Of a stretch of DNA of 43,019 nucleotides, positions 7,436 to 16,377 are shown piece after piece. A program made the position numbers and the translations under genes. The notes beneath the pieces were generated by a model. It ran no database searches and had not been told where the DNA came from. It saw only the letters and a program-made list of their open reading frames with translations. This stretch comes from Methanomicrobiales archaeon. GTDB taxonomy: Archaea > Halobacteriota > Syntropharchaeia > Alkanophagales > Methanospirareceae. The DNA lies in contig QEXZ01000001.1 of assembly GCA_003160755.1 (NCBI GenBank), positions 1 to 43,019 of the forward strand, read 5' to 3'. Positions within the stretch are counted from its first letter, which is position 1. Each line of letters begins with the position of its first letter.

Positions 7436-8362
7436 ATGGAGAAAGAGCGCAGGGAACAGGTGGAGCGGATAGAGAGGTTAAAACGAGAGAAGAATGCGAT
7501 TATCCTCGCTCATAATTACCAGCGTGCGGAGATTCAGGATATAGCGGAATTCGTTGGCGACTCCTTAGAGCTTGCGAGAAAAGCGATGGATACGACTGCT
7601 GACCTCATAATCTTCTGCGGCGTTGATTTCATGGCGGAAACCGCAGCGATACTGAACCCCGATAAAAAAGTTGTCATTCCCGATAAGGGCGCGATATGCC
7701 CGATGGCACAGCAATTATCCGCTGAGGATTTGCTTGCGGCGAAGCGAAAAAATCCCGATGCGGAGGTTGTCCTCTACGTGAACACGCTTGCGGAATGTAA
7801 GGCGCTTGCAGACTGCGTTTGTACTTCTGCGAATGCACAGGAAATAGTCAAGGCGATGGATTCTTCCACCGTATTATTTGGGCCTGACCGCAATTTAGCG
7901 TATCACGCACAGAAGACAACCTCTAAAACCATTATTCCCGTTCCTGAACACGGGCTCTGCCCTTCGCACCACCAGATAGTAATGACGGATTTGCTAAAAG
8001 CGAAGAAGGCGCATCCGAGAGCAAAAATTATTGTTCATCCAGAATGCATCCCCGAAGTTCAAGACCACGCTGATTATATCGCTTCAACGAGCGGCATGGT
8101 AAAGATTTGCAATGAAGAGGGAGCGGGTGATAAATTTCTGATTGGCACGGAGGTCGGGCTGCTGCACCGGCTCAAAAAGGAAGCGCCGGAAAAGAAATTC
8201 TATCCCATCTCTACTACCGCCGTCTGTCCTCAGATGAAAATGCACACGTTAGAGAATGTAGAAGTCGCATTGAAGGAAGAGAAGCCAGAAGTTGTTGTTC
8301 CGGATGAAATCATGGACAAAGCGAGGAAAGCAATAGAAAGGATGCTCGAAATCTCACATTAA
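7436..8362 (+). CDS. nadA: Quinolinate synthase
   Basis: NAIILAHNYQ, GDSLELAR, VDFMAE, repeated Cys ligands and typical ~300-aa length. ATG at 7436 chosen over the upstream track start; TTTTTTATAT lies about 30 nt upstream. Confidence 0.9.
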   Translation: MEKERREQVERIERLKREKNAIILAHNYQRAEIQDIAEFVGDSLELARKAMDTTADLIIFCGVDFMAETAAILNPDKKVVIPDKGAICPMAQQLSAEDLLAAKRKNPDAEVVLYVNTLAECKALADCVCTSANAQEIVKAMDSSTVLFGPDRNLAYHAQKTTSKTIIPVPEHGLCPSHHQIVMTDLLKAKKAHPRAKIIVHPECIPEVQDHADYIASTSGMVKICNEEGAGDKFLIGTEVGLLHRLKKEAPEKKFYPISTTAVCPQMKMHTLENVEVALKEEKPEVVVPDEIMDKARKAIERMLEISH

Positions 8363-8391
8363 CGTATAACTTCCTTCTCCAAGATTTGAGT

Positions 8392-9138
8392 TTACCTCAT
8401 CATATCTTCCATCAATCTTCTCAAAAATCCTTTCCTCCTCCTCTCGCTGTAATCTATTATCTTCTCCTTTTTTATCCCGCTTCGCTCTTTCGCTATCCTT
8501 ATCGCTAAGTCCCGCCCGCCGAGATGGTCGATCAATCCCACTTCTTTTGCTTCTCGGCCCAGATACACCTTACCCGTGGATAAATCCTTCACCTTTGCAT
8601 CATTCATGTCCAAACTCCGGTTCTTCACTATGGCGTTCAAAAAGCTATCCTGAATCTCATCCAATTCCTTCTTTATCAACTCGCGTTCTTCTTCCGTCGG
8701 CTTCTCATACGGCAGTCCCAAGCCCTTATAGATACCCGTTTTTAGCGTCTCCACGTCTATGCCAAATTTCTTCATTAACTCTCCGATGTCGGGTCTTATG
8801 CTCATAACGCCTATGCTCCCCACTGTGCTCAGCTCATCCGCGACAATTTCGTCGCATGCACTCGCAACCCAGTAAGCGCCCGAAGCCGCATGTTCCCGTA
8901 CCCACGCTATTGCGGGCTTATCCATATTTTCTATGCATGTTGCTATCTCCTTTGATGCAAAAGGCGTCCCCCCGGGAGAATTTATCTCAAATATCACTGC
9001 TTTTATCTTCCTCTTCTTCTCCGCTTCCTCTATGTCTCTTATTACTTCCGTAGATGCGGACATGAGCCCGAAAGCTGACTCTTCTGACGTAATCATCCCC
9101 TTTATCGGAATTATCGCAATTGCTCCTTTTTCTTTCAT
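8392..9138 (-). CDS. sppA: Signal peptide peptidase SppA (S49 family, 36K type)
   Basis: KAVIFEINSPGGT, AASGAYWVA and GSIGV motifs characteristic of S49 peptidases. Confidence 0.85.
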   Translation of the reverse strand: MKEKGAIAIIPIKGMITSEESAFGLMSASTEVIRDIEEAEKKRKIKAVIFEINSPGGTPFASKEIATCIENMDKPAIAWVREHAASGAYWVASACDEIVADELSTVGSIGVMSIRPDIGELMKKFGIDVETLKTGIYKGLGLPYEKPTEEERELIKKELDEIQDSFLNAIVKNRSLDMNDAKVKDLSTGKVYLGREAKEVGLIDHLGGRDLAIRIAKERSGIKKEKIIDYSERRRKGFLRRLMEDMMR

Positions 9139-9235
9139 TTTCCGCTTCTCATGAACTTGTCCTGAATTATCCTTTTATATCAGGTTATCTTTTTCAGGAT
9201 ATAAATTTAGTAAATTAAATGAGGAAAAAACACAG

Positions 9236-9994
9236 ATGCGTTCACTTAAATTAACAGATCGAATAACCGACTGGATACGAGAAAAAGTAAAAGGAGCAGA
9301 TGCAGAAGGAGTAGTAGTGGGAATGAGCGGCGGACTCGACTCGTCGGTAACTGTGGTATTATGCAAAAAAGCATTCCCTGATACCACACTTGGTTTGATA
9401 TTGCCCTGCTTCTCCTTGAAAGAAGACGTAGAGCATGCGAGGGTGGTTGCGAAAGCGTTTGAAATAGAGACGAAGGAGATAGACCTCTCGAACATTTTCA
9501 AATCCTTTTTGAACACATTAGAAGCGCGAGGATACGGTATCGAAGACAAGAAAAGCGAAATGAATATTCCTGTGGCTAACCTTAAACCACGTCTCAGGAT
9601 GATTTGCCTCTATTACTTCGCTAATAAACTCAATTATTTAGTTGTGGGTACAGGGAACAAGAGCGAACTTTCGGTTGGCTATTTTACCAAATACGGTGAT
9701 GGCGCTGCGGACATACTACCGCTTGGCGACTTGCTGAAAACAGAAGAGAGGAAATTGGCAGAGGAGCTTGATATTTCAGAGGCAATAATAGATAAAGTGC
9801 CGAGTGCCGGCCTCTGGGAGGGGCAAACAGACGAATCCGAGCTTGGAATGAGTTATGATGCGCTGGATAAAACCCTCTTAGCGATAGAAAGTGGCGATTT
9901 TAGTGGTTGCGACCCAGAATCAGTAAAAAATGTAAAACGAATGATAGAAGCTTCGAGGCATAAAAGAGAAAATATAGCGGTGTTCAAAAAATAA
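9236..9994 (+). CDS. nadE: NH3-dependent NAD+ synthetase
   Basis: PP-loop GMSGGLDSSV, GTGNKSE..GYFTKYGDG and a C-terminal HKR motif. Confidence 0.9.
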   Translation: MRSLKLTDRITDWIREKVKGADAEGVVVGMSGGLDSSVTVVLCKKAFPDTTLGLILPCFSLKEDVEHARVVAKAFEIETKEIDLSNIFKSFLNTLEARGYGIEDKKSEMNIPVANLKPRLRMICLYYFANKLNYLVVGTGNKSELSVGYFTKYGDGAADILPLGDLLKTEERKLAEELDISEAIIDKVPSAGLWEGQTDESELGMSYDALDKTLLAIESGDFSGCDPESVKNVKRMIEASRHKRENIAVFKK

Positions 9995-10007
9995 ATTCAT
10001 CTATTTT

Positions 10008-10056
10008 TTTTTCCTTTTAGCACCGGTAATTTTCTTTTTTACAAAAAGAAAAAGTG
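10008..10056 (-). repeat. Family-B repeat (partial, reverse orientation)
   Basis: The reverse complement reads CACTTTTTCTTTTTGTAAAAAAGAAAATTACCGGTGCTAAAAGGAAAA. It lies between convergent nadE and NMD3 and supplies the last NMD3 codons. Confidence 0.75.
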
Positions 10057-10956
10057 TCGTCGGGCTTTATTCGTTTCTTTTTTCTTCAAGAACGTCCTTT
10101 CCCCAGTAGCCACATCCACGCACTCTATTCCTTTTTCTTTCCGCACTTTCACAACCGAAAACACTTTATCTCCTATTTCCACTTTCTCTCCTTTCTTGAA
10201 CGCAGGAAGCCTGACAGAAAACGACACCCTATAAACATTTCTGCCGTCTTTCCTCCCATATAATTTCCGACTCTCAGAAAAACCGCCACCTAATTTCTTC
10301 ACTATCTGCCTCGAAACCCTACGACCGCATTCCATGCTGCTGACGTATATGTCCAGCCCCTCCTTCAACTTCGTTTCTTTAGGAATAAAATCCGCATCAC
10401 CTAACCCAGAATACGCAATCTCCTCTGCCATAGTGAGTTCTTCATCTGCGGGAATTCTATCGTCTGCTCTTATTTGTACTATACCCGCGTAATATCCACC
10501 CGTTATCCTACCACACCTTTCACAAGTTCCCCTTTTTAAACTAACTTCTATTTCTCCCCTCTCTTCTATTTCTACTCCTTTTATCCCTGCTTTTACCCTC
10601 AAAGACACAATCACTTGGTTCTCGGCATCTTTTAGCTCGTTTCCCACCAATCCTTCCACACGGACTTTACATTCTTGCTCATGCCCATACCGCTCTCGTA
10701 TTTCTTTTCTTATCGCATCCGTAACCACTTCCTCTATGCTCGTCCGCTCTTTTCCTGCCCCTTTGCCCTTGAAATAACCGCCACAAATCTCACACACATT
10801 TACACGTATCGGTATCGCTAATTTTTCAGCATCAATTAACTTTATCCCTTTCGTAAAGCACGCTCTACATAAAGAATCAAAAAGTTCATCTGTTTTTTTT
10901 CCGCATTTCGGGCAAAATTTGTTCCACCTCTCTTTATCGCCCCTGCTCTCTTTCAT
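10039..10956 (-). CDS. NMD3-family protein (archaeal homolog of the 60S export adaptor)
   Basis: N-terminal FCPKCGKK...LCRACF and CEICGG, CERCGR zinc clusters, ~300 aa. The last five codons (HFFFL) lie in a family-B repeat. Confidence 0.75.
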   Translation of the reverse strand: MKESRGDKERWNKFCPKCGKKTDELFDSLCRACFTKGIKLIDAEKLAIPIRVNVCEICGGYFKGKGAGKERTSIEEVVTDAIRKEIRERYGHEQECKVRVEGLVGNELKDAENQVIVSLRVKAGIKGVEIEERGEIEVSLKRGTCERCGRITGGYYAGIVQIRADDRIPADEELTMAEEIAYSGLGDADFIPKETKLKEGLDIYVSSMECGRRVSRQIVKKLGGGFSESRKLYGRKDGRNVYRVSFSVRLPAFKKGEKVEIGDKVFSVVKVRKEKGIECVDVATGERTFLKKKETNKARRHFFFL

Positions 10957-11052
10957 ATCGCTTTGTTATCCTACGACCATCCTCGATTGATATTTCATGG
11001 GATGTGAATTTTCCCAGCTAAAAGTTTTTATATACTACTTCTTATTTATGAG

Positions 11053-11074
11053 TTATATCTTAAAATTGATATAA
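11053..11074. promoter_or_regulatory. Palindromic candidate operator (TTATATC-N8-GATATAA) in front of rbkR/ribK-ribB
   Basis: Perfect 7-bp inverted arms ending 1 nt before the ATG, about 20 nt downstream of a TTTTTATATA box (11025-11034), where a transcription start would be expected. Confidence 0.45.
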
Positions 11075-11075
11075 G

Positions 11076-11774
11076 ATGAAAACCGAGACGAAGATGAACG
11101 GGGATATAATGCTTTCGCTAAGAAAACTCGCTTTGTTAGGCGCCGTAGAACAACCTGTTAAGGTTTCTTCGGGGCATTTCGCTGGAGCGATTGGCTTAAG
11201 CGTACAAACCGCCGCAAGGCGACTTCAAGAACTCGAAAAAAAGGGTCTTGTGCATAGAAGAATAATAGCGGATGGGCAGTGGGTAATATTGACAAAAAGA
11301 GGAATAGAGCAATTAAAGTGCGAATGTTATGAGTATCAGGAACTATTCTTTTCCGCGCCGAAAATTAAAGTTGAGATAGGAGGGCGCTTGATTAGAGGTT
11401 TGGGTGAGGGGGCATATTATACAACACTGGATGGGTACAAAGAGCAATTTGAAGCTAAACTGGGCTTTACTCCTTTTCCCGGCACCCTAAATCTCAGCCT
11501 TGACTTGCTATGTATGGTAACAAGGAAGAAGCTGGAGGGTCGAGGTGGGATAGAAATAGAAGGTTTTGAATTAGAAAACAGGACCTTTGGCGGTGCTAAG
11601 TCTTTCCTCTGTAAGATACTGGATGACCGGGCGGAAGGGATTAAAAGTGCAGTCATCCTTCCTAACCGAACACATTATCCTGAAGACATTCTGGAGCTAA
11701 TTTCGCCTATTTTCCTGCGTGGCGAACTTGATCTGAGAGATGGAGACATGGTAAGAATAAGCGTGGTAATATGA
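11076..11774 (+). CDS. ribK: Bifunctional wHTH regulator / CTP-dependent riboflavin kinase (RbkR-type)
   Basis: N-terminal winged-helix part (GLSVQTAARRLQELEKKGLV) fused to an archaeal riboflavin kinase domain (GLGEGAYY...FPGTLNL). Overlaps ribB (ATGA). Confidence 0.85.
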   Translation: MKTETKMNGDIMLSLRKLALLGAVEQPVKVSSGHFAGAIGLSVQTAARRLQELEKKGLVHRRIIADGQWVILTKRGIEQLKCECYEYQELFFSAPKIKVEIGGRLIRGLGEGAYYTTLDGYKEQFEAKLGFTPFPGTLNLSLDLLCMVTRKKLEGRGGIEIEGFELENRTFGGAKSFLCKILDDRAEGIKSAVILPNRTHYPEDILELISPIFLRGELDLRDGDMVRISVVI

Positions 11775-12499
11775 ATATGAGCAATAAGGACATCCCGGAA
11801 TCGGTAAAAAGGGGCATAGAATACGTGAAGAAAGGAAAGCTCGTATTGATATATGATGCCGAGGACCGGGAAGGCGAGACCGATTTTGTAGTGCACGCTT
11901 CTTCTATCACGTCACAAAAGGTCGCGTATTTTAGAAAAGAGGCAGGTGGACTTATATGTGTTGCTATTCATCCTGTCGCAGCAGAGCGACTTGGTCTTCC
12001 ACTCATGAGCGACATTTTAAGAAACGTGAACTCCAACTTCTCGCCTCTAAGAAGAATAGTGGAAGAAAAGGGCGACCTTTTGTACGATAACCGTTCCTCT
12101 TTCTCCCTGTGGGTGAATCATCGTGACACGTTCACAGGTATAACGGATAGGGACAGGGCGTTGACAATAAAAAAGATGGGAGAAGCCGTGGACAAAGTAT
12201 TAAACGGAAATGACCGCTCTTACGATTTCTACTCGGAGTTTCGAACCCCAGGGCACGTTTCAATACTAAAAGCTGCGGACAGTTTAATGGAGGAAAGAAG
12301 AGGACAGACCGAGCTTTCTGTGGCATTGGCGTTGCTTGCGGGCATATCCCCTGCAATGGTAATATGCGAGATGCTGGACAGTGAATCAGGAGGTGCTCTT
12401 TCCAAAGCAGACGCAATCGCTTTTGCATCGAAGCGAGATGTGATTTTTATGGAAGGAAAGGAGATAATACAGGGATATCAATCAATTACCTCACCGTGA
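11771..12499 (+). CDS. ribB: 3,4-dihydroxy-2-butanone 4-phosphate synthase
   Basis: DAEDREGETDFV active-site motif, GLICVA and TPGHV motifs. Confidence 0.88.
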   Translation: MNMSNKDIPESVKRGIEYVKKGKLVLIYDAEDREGETDFVVHASSITSQKVAYFRKEAGGLICVAIHPVAAERLGLPLMSDILRNVNSNFSPLRRIVEEKGDLLYDNRSSFSLWVNHRDTFTGITDRDRALTIKKMGEAVDKVLNGNDRSYDFYSEFRTPGHVSILKAADSLMEERRGQTELSVALALLAGISPAMVICEMLDSESGGALSKADAIAFASKRDVIFMEGKEIIQGYQSITSP

Positions 12500-12682
12500 T
12501 AGTTCAACGCTACTGCTTCTTTTCGCTTCTCCTCCCTCTTTGTAATACCCATTCTCAAAAAATAATACAAATCGTGTCAGCGATAACGCTTTTTACTATT
12601 GCTTTGTGCCCGCCTACCCTCACCATCCTTTTTGGAGGGGCACGTTTCCGCTAACTGAGCGGAAAACACTTCTTTTGCTTGT

Positions 12683-12901
12683 CTACAAGAAAGAGCGATT
12701 GTCTCTTGCAGCTAGCGACGCAAGTTCGGTACCAAGAACGAAAACAGCCTGTTTATGCTCCTCTTTACTCCGATGCACCTGAAACGGGGAGATAGCCAGG
12801 TCGTTGTACTTCGTGAAATCACAGCCCACTCCATTCTCCTCACAGTGCTTCTTCAACTGAGCCAATAACAAATGCAAATGTACCAGCTCTTCCTTCTTCA
12901 T
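12683..12901 (-). CDS. UPF0058-family small protein
   Basis: 72-aa ORF starting MKKEELVHLHLLLAQLKKHCEE, resembling the conserved archaeal UPF0058 N-terminus (assignment from memory). Confidence 0.5.
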   Translation of the reverse strand: MKKEELVHLHLLLAQLKKHCEENGVGCDFTKYNDLAISPFQVHRSKEEHKQAVFVLGTELASLAARDNRSFL

Positions 12902-12977
12902 GTTTTATACATATTGTTTTTACTATATATATCTTTTGTTCTCACACACAAAAAAAATGTTTTCACGTGCCATGCAT

Positions 12978-13049
12978 GCCGCTGTGGCTTAGAGGTAGAG
13001 CAGCTGATTCGTAATCAGCAGGTCGTGGGTTCAAGCCCCACCGGCGGCT
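12978..13049 (+). tRNA. tRNA-Thr (anticodon CGU)
   Basis: Hand-folded cloverleaf: acceptor GCCGCTG/CGGCGGC, D stem GCTT/GAGC, anticodon stem GCTGA/TCAGC with loop TTCGTAA, T arm GTGGG-TTCAAGC-CCCAC. No encoded CCA. Confidence 0.9.
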
Positions 13050-13085
13050 TTCTCTCAGCCTGACGTTGGAGATAGAAATAAGAAC

Positions 13086-14576
13086 ATGAACATGCGACAC
13101 AAAACCGAAACTAAAACGGTATTGCAAAAAGAGAATAACTTCAGTGAATGGTATAGCGAGATACTGAAGCGCGCTGAGATATTAGATGTCCGGTATCCCG
13201 TGAAAGGCGTATATGTGTGGTATCCATACGGCTATAAGCTGAGGAATCTCGTATACACGTTTTTACGCTCTCTGATGGATAAAGACCATGAAGAAACGCT
13301 GTTTCCTATGTTGATACCGAAAGAAGAGTTAATGAAAGAGCGCGAACACATAAAAGGGTTTGAAGAGGAGGTTTTCTGGGTTACAAAAGGCGGAAGCACC
13401 GAATTGGACATCCCTCTTGCACTTCGCCCAACTTCGGAGACTGCGATATACCCTGTCTTCAAGGTCTGGATCAGGTCGCATCGCGACTTGCCTATCCGAA
13501 TATATCAGATAGTGAACACGTTCAGATATGAAACAAGGCATACGAGACCCCTTATTCGACTGCGTGAGATAACCTCCTTTAAAGAGGCGCATACCGCACA
13601 CGCAAATCGTGCCGAGGCAGAGGAACAAATAAAAAAGGCGGTGGCGTTATACAAAAACTTCTTCGACGTGCTTGCTGTTCCTTATGTGACTACAAAAAGA
13701 CCGAGCTGGGACAAATTCCCGGGAGCAGAGTATTCTATTGCTTTTGATACACTTATGCCCGATGGAAGGACAATGCAGATTGCGACAATCCATTTGCTTG
13801 GCGAGACTTTTGCAAGAACGTTTGACATAAAATATGAGGATAAAGACGGCTCGTTGAAGTACGTGAATCAGACGTGCTACGGCATTTCGGAAAGGTGCGT
13901 TGCCGCGGTAATATCCGTTCATGGCGACGAGCATGGTTTGATGCTACCCCCTGCGGTCGCACCCATACAGGTGGTTATCGTGCCCATTGTGTATTCAAGC
14001 GAGGGAGAAAATAAAGAAACGAACGTGGAAAAAATTTGTTCTGACGTGTTCGCGAAACTAAAAGAAGCAGGAATAAGGGCTTTTTTCGATGATTCCGCTG
14101 AACGGCCCGGTGCGAAATATTACAGGTGGGAAATGAAAGGGGTGCCGTTGAGAATAGAGATAGGTCCACGGGATATACGGAACAATGGATGTGTATTTGT
14201 AAGAAGGGACGACTTCACAAAAATGCAAGTTCCAATTCGCGATGTCGTGCCCGAAGCGAAGCGGACATTAAATGAAATCCACGCCTGTATCGCCAAACGT
14301 GCAAAAGAAACTTTTTTCGCACACGTGTCCGAAGGCGAAGGGGAGATGGAAACGCTGAGCAGCACTGCATCCGGTATTGTTTCTATATTCTTGTGTGAAC
14401 GCGAAACGTGTGGCCAGGAAGTAGTGGAGCGTCTTGGTGCAGGTGTAACGGTGTTGGGAGAGCCGATAGAGGGGGATAAGGCGGAAGGAGGCGAAAAAGG
14501 CGTAAAGAGCGGCGATGGTAAGTGTATAATTTGCTCGCGGAAAGGAAGGCGAGTGTATATTGCAAGAGCATATTGA
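13086..14576 (+). CDS. proS: Prolyl-tRNA synthetase (archaeal/eukaryal type)
   Basis: FSEWYSEIL..A.I.D.RYPVKG start, class II motifs (RPTSET, FRYE), and a C-terminal zinc-binding domain ending in the conserved terminal Tyr (ARAY*). Confidence 0.92.
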   Translation: MNMRHKTETKTVLQKENNFSEWYSEILKRAEILDVRYPVKGVYVWYPYGYKLRNLVYTFLRSLMDKDHEETLFPMLIPKEELMKEREHIKGFEEEVFWVTKGGSTELDIPLALRPTSETAIYPVFKVWIRSHRDLPIRIYQIVNTFRYETRHTRPLIRLREITSFKEAHTAHANRAEAEEQIKKAVALYKNFFDVLAVPYVTTKRPSWDKFPGAEYSIAFDTLMPDGRTMQIATIHLLGETFARTFDIKYEDKDGSLKYVNQTCYGISERCVAAVISVHGDEHGLMLPPAVAPIQVVIVPIVYSSEGENKETNVEKICSDVFAKLKEAGIRAFFDDSAERPGAKYYRWEMKGVPLRIEIGPRDIRNNGCVFVRRDDFTKMQVPIRDVVPEAKRTLNEIHACIAKRAKETFFAHVSEGEGEMETLSSTASGIVSIFLCERETCGQEVVERLGAGVTVLGEPIEGDKAEGGEKGVKSGDGKCIICSRKGRRVYIARAY

Positions 14577-14632
14577 TTGAAAAAAATCGAAAAGCTTAAA
14601 CAGGGGTAAATCTCTTTCCTTACAATAGTTTT

Positions 14633-15751
14633 ATGAGTGCGAAAAAAGTCAGAAAAAGGGTAGGGTATATCAAAGGTGTGATGAAGAATGTTCATAATGT
14701 CAACAAGAAGGAGTTTGAAGCTTTTTATGATGACCTCAACTCCGCGGATTGTATTATTCTCGTCGGGGAGGGAAGATCGCAGAGCGCATTGTACATAGGA
14801 ATGGGGCAAATGGACAAATGGGTACGAACAATGGTGGACGTAGATTTCCCGGGTAGAAACATAGTGGAAGCAGCGCCGGTATTGGAGAAGAAGTATGATA
14901 AGATCTCTCTGCTTGTCAATTCCGGAAGTGGTGAGACGGCAACGCCGAAAATAGTGGTTAAGCAACTCGCTGATTATATCGAGCGCGAGAAGACCGATAA
15001 ATTTACCATTGATGCGGTTGTCTCGAACACGAATTCCTCGATTGGGAGGATAAGAGAAAGAGATTATGGTACCGTGGTCGAACTGGGGGGGAGAGATAAA
15101 AAACCTACAAGGGCTAATGCGTTTCTTAAACATGGCATAATGAACGATGTTTATGAATTAGGTTCTTTGCTACTATTTCAGAAAACAAAGGAAGCCATAA
15201 ATGAGAAGAATGATTATATGAACGTGTTTGAGAAAATAGAGGAGGAATCAAAGATTATAGGACCAATGGTGCATAAATTCGTCAGGTCAGATAAATACGA
15301 GCAGATCATTGACAAGCTCGAGACGCGGTGCTGCGTAACAATGGGTGGATTGGGACCTGCGAGAAACGTGGCGAAGATGACCGCAATAAGGCTGCAGCAC
15401 GTTAAAAGAGCCATTGGCGATGAAGCTTATTTGTCCGGACCTTTTGCACCAAGACCGCGAGCCGGGGATATTTTGTTTTTACTCTCGTGGTCTGGAGAGA
15501 CAGAACCCCTTCATGGATGGTGCAGGGAGCAAAAGAAATATGGGGGCTATGTTTATTCCGTCGTTGGTAATGAATCCACCTTATCGCGGGAGTCTGAAAG
15601 TTTCATAATAGAATCTTCGCCTATGACCTTTTATGCGCGTGCGACTTTTGCTCTTAGCCCTCTTCCATTGCATCTGGTCGAAAGACTTCGAGAACGTGGG
15701 TTCAAATTGCCCGAATACATTATGGGCTGGTGGCACACGGTGATGCAATAG
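14633..15751 (+). CDS. Tandem SIS-domain protein (sugar-phosphate isomerase/binding fold)
   Basis: Two SIS-like halves: ILVGEGRSQ...LLVNSGSGETATP and MGGLGPARN...LFLLSWSGETEPL, each resembling the GxGxS...SxSGxT pattern of PHI/SIS domains. Confidence 0.55.
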   Translation: MSAKKVRKRVGYIKGVMKNVHNVNKKEFEAFYDDLNSADCIILVGEGRSQSALYIGMGQMDKWVRTMVDVDFPGRNIVEAAPVLEKKYDKISLLVNSGSGETATPKIVVKQLADYIEREKTDKFTIDAVVSNTNSSIGRIRERDYGTVVELGGRDKKPTRANAFLKHGIMNDVYELGSLLLFQKTKEAINEKNDYMNVFEKIEEESKIIGPMVHKFVRSDKYEQIIDKLETRCCVTMGGLGPARNVAKMTAIRLQHVKRAIGDEAYLSGPFAPRPRAGDILFLLSWSGETEPLHGWCREQKKYGGYVYSVVGNESTLSRESESFIIESSPMTFYARATFALSPLPLHLVERLRERGFKLPEYIMGWWHTVMQ

Positions 15752-16205
15752 CTGTTTTCCTGCACTTCACTTTATCCCCCCTTTTTACCTGTATCTCAAA
15801 ACCTTTGGGAATGCTCACATCCACACGTGAGCCAAAACAAATTTTACCTATTCTTTCCGTTTTAACAACGCTCTGCCCCTCGTTCACATCGCACTTTATT
15901 TTCCTCGTAAAAAATCCCGCTATTTGCACTACTTTTACATCCCCGTATTTTGTCATGAGTTCTATTGTATTTCTCGTATTGAAATCGCTGCTGCGTAGGA
16001 AAGCGGGCTTAAAAGTGCCTTTCTCGGGCGTTATTCCTTTCACTACGCCGTCTAATGGCGCGGCAGTGATATGCACATTATGAAGATGCATAAATATAGA
16101 GATGGTTCTGCTTTCTTCCTGCGTAGCATTTTTGATTAAACTTTTTTTAAAAGTTTGTATCCTTATTACCTTCCCGCTTGCTGGCGAGAGCATACGTTCG
16201 GTCAT
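15720..16205 (-). CDS. Phosphatidylserine (archaetidylserine) decarboxylase-related proenzyme
   Basis: LSPASGKV, HITAAPLDGVV, NTRN...VVQIAGFF, ICFGSRVDV (GS[TR] self-cleavage-like site). Short archaeal PSD-like size. Its 3' end overlaps the convergent SIS gene by 32 nt. Confidence 0.6.
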   Translation of the reverse strand: MTERMLSPASGKVIRIQTFKKSLIKNATQEESRTISIFMHLHNVHITAAPLDGVVKGITPEKGTFKPAFLRSSDFNTRNTIELMTKYGDVKVVQIAGFFTRKIKCDVNEGQSVVKTERIGKICFGSRVDVSIPKGFEIQVKRGDKVKCRKTAIASPCATSP

Positions 16206-16246
16206 ATCCTCTTGATTATATAAAGAGTAACTCCCTCCTATTTAAT

Positions 16247-16335
16247 TTAGCGGTTTGGCGGCTTAGCGGTTTAGAGGGTTGGAGGGTTGGAGGTTTAGCT
16301 AACGAGCTGAACCGCTAATAAACTAAACCTCTAAT
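16247..16335. repeat. Low-complexity word-repeat region (TTAGCGGTT / GGAGGGTTGGAGG and their complements)
   Basis: TTAGCGGTTTGGCGGCTTAGCGGTTTAGAGGGTTGGAGGGTTGGAGGTTTAGC ... GAACCGCTAATAAACTAAACCTCTAA. Confidence 0.8.
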
Positions 16336-16336
16336 T

Positions 16337-16372
16337 TCGCGCTCTCCGCGGTGGATAAATCACTATATTGTT
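16337..16372 (+). repeat. Family-C repeat, right end only
   Basis: TCGCGCTCTCCGCGGTGGATAAATCACTATATTG, almost identical to 32680-32712. Abuts the pcm stop. Confidence 0.75.
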
Positions 16373-16377
16373 TCATT

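Noticed and set aside
12620-12660. Hairpin GTTTCCGCT-AACTG-AGCGGAAAC between convergent ribB and the UPF0058 gene, as a regulatory RNA
   Set aside because: It is a single short stem-loop in a convergent spacer, most simply a 3'-end structure. There are no repeats and no conservation that I can assess.
14120-15133. 337-aa minus-strand ORF spanning the proS 3' end, an intergenic spacer and the 5' part of the SIS gene
   Set aside because: It is antisense to two well-supported genes and crosses their spacer. Its composition is Ser/Pro/Ile/Arg-rich and low-complexity, which is typical of shadow ORFs. No motif was recognised.
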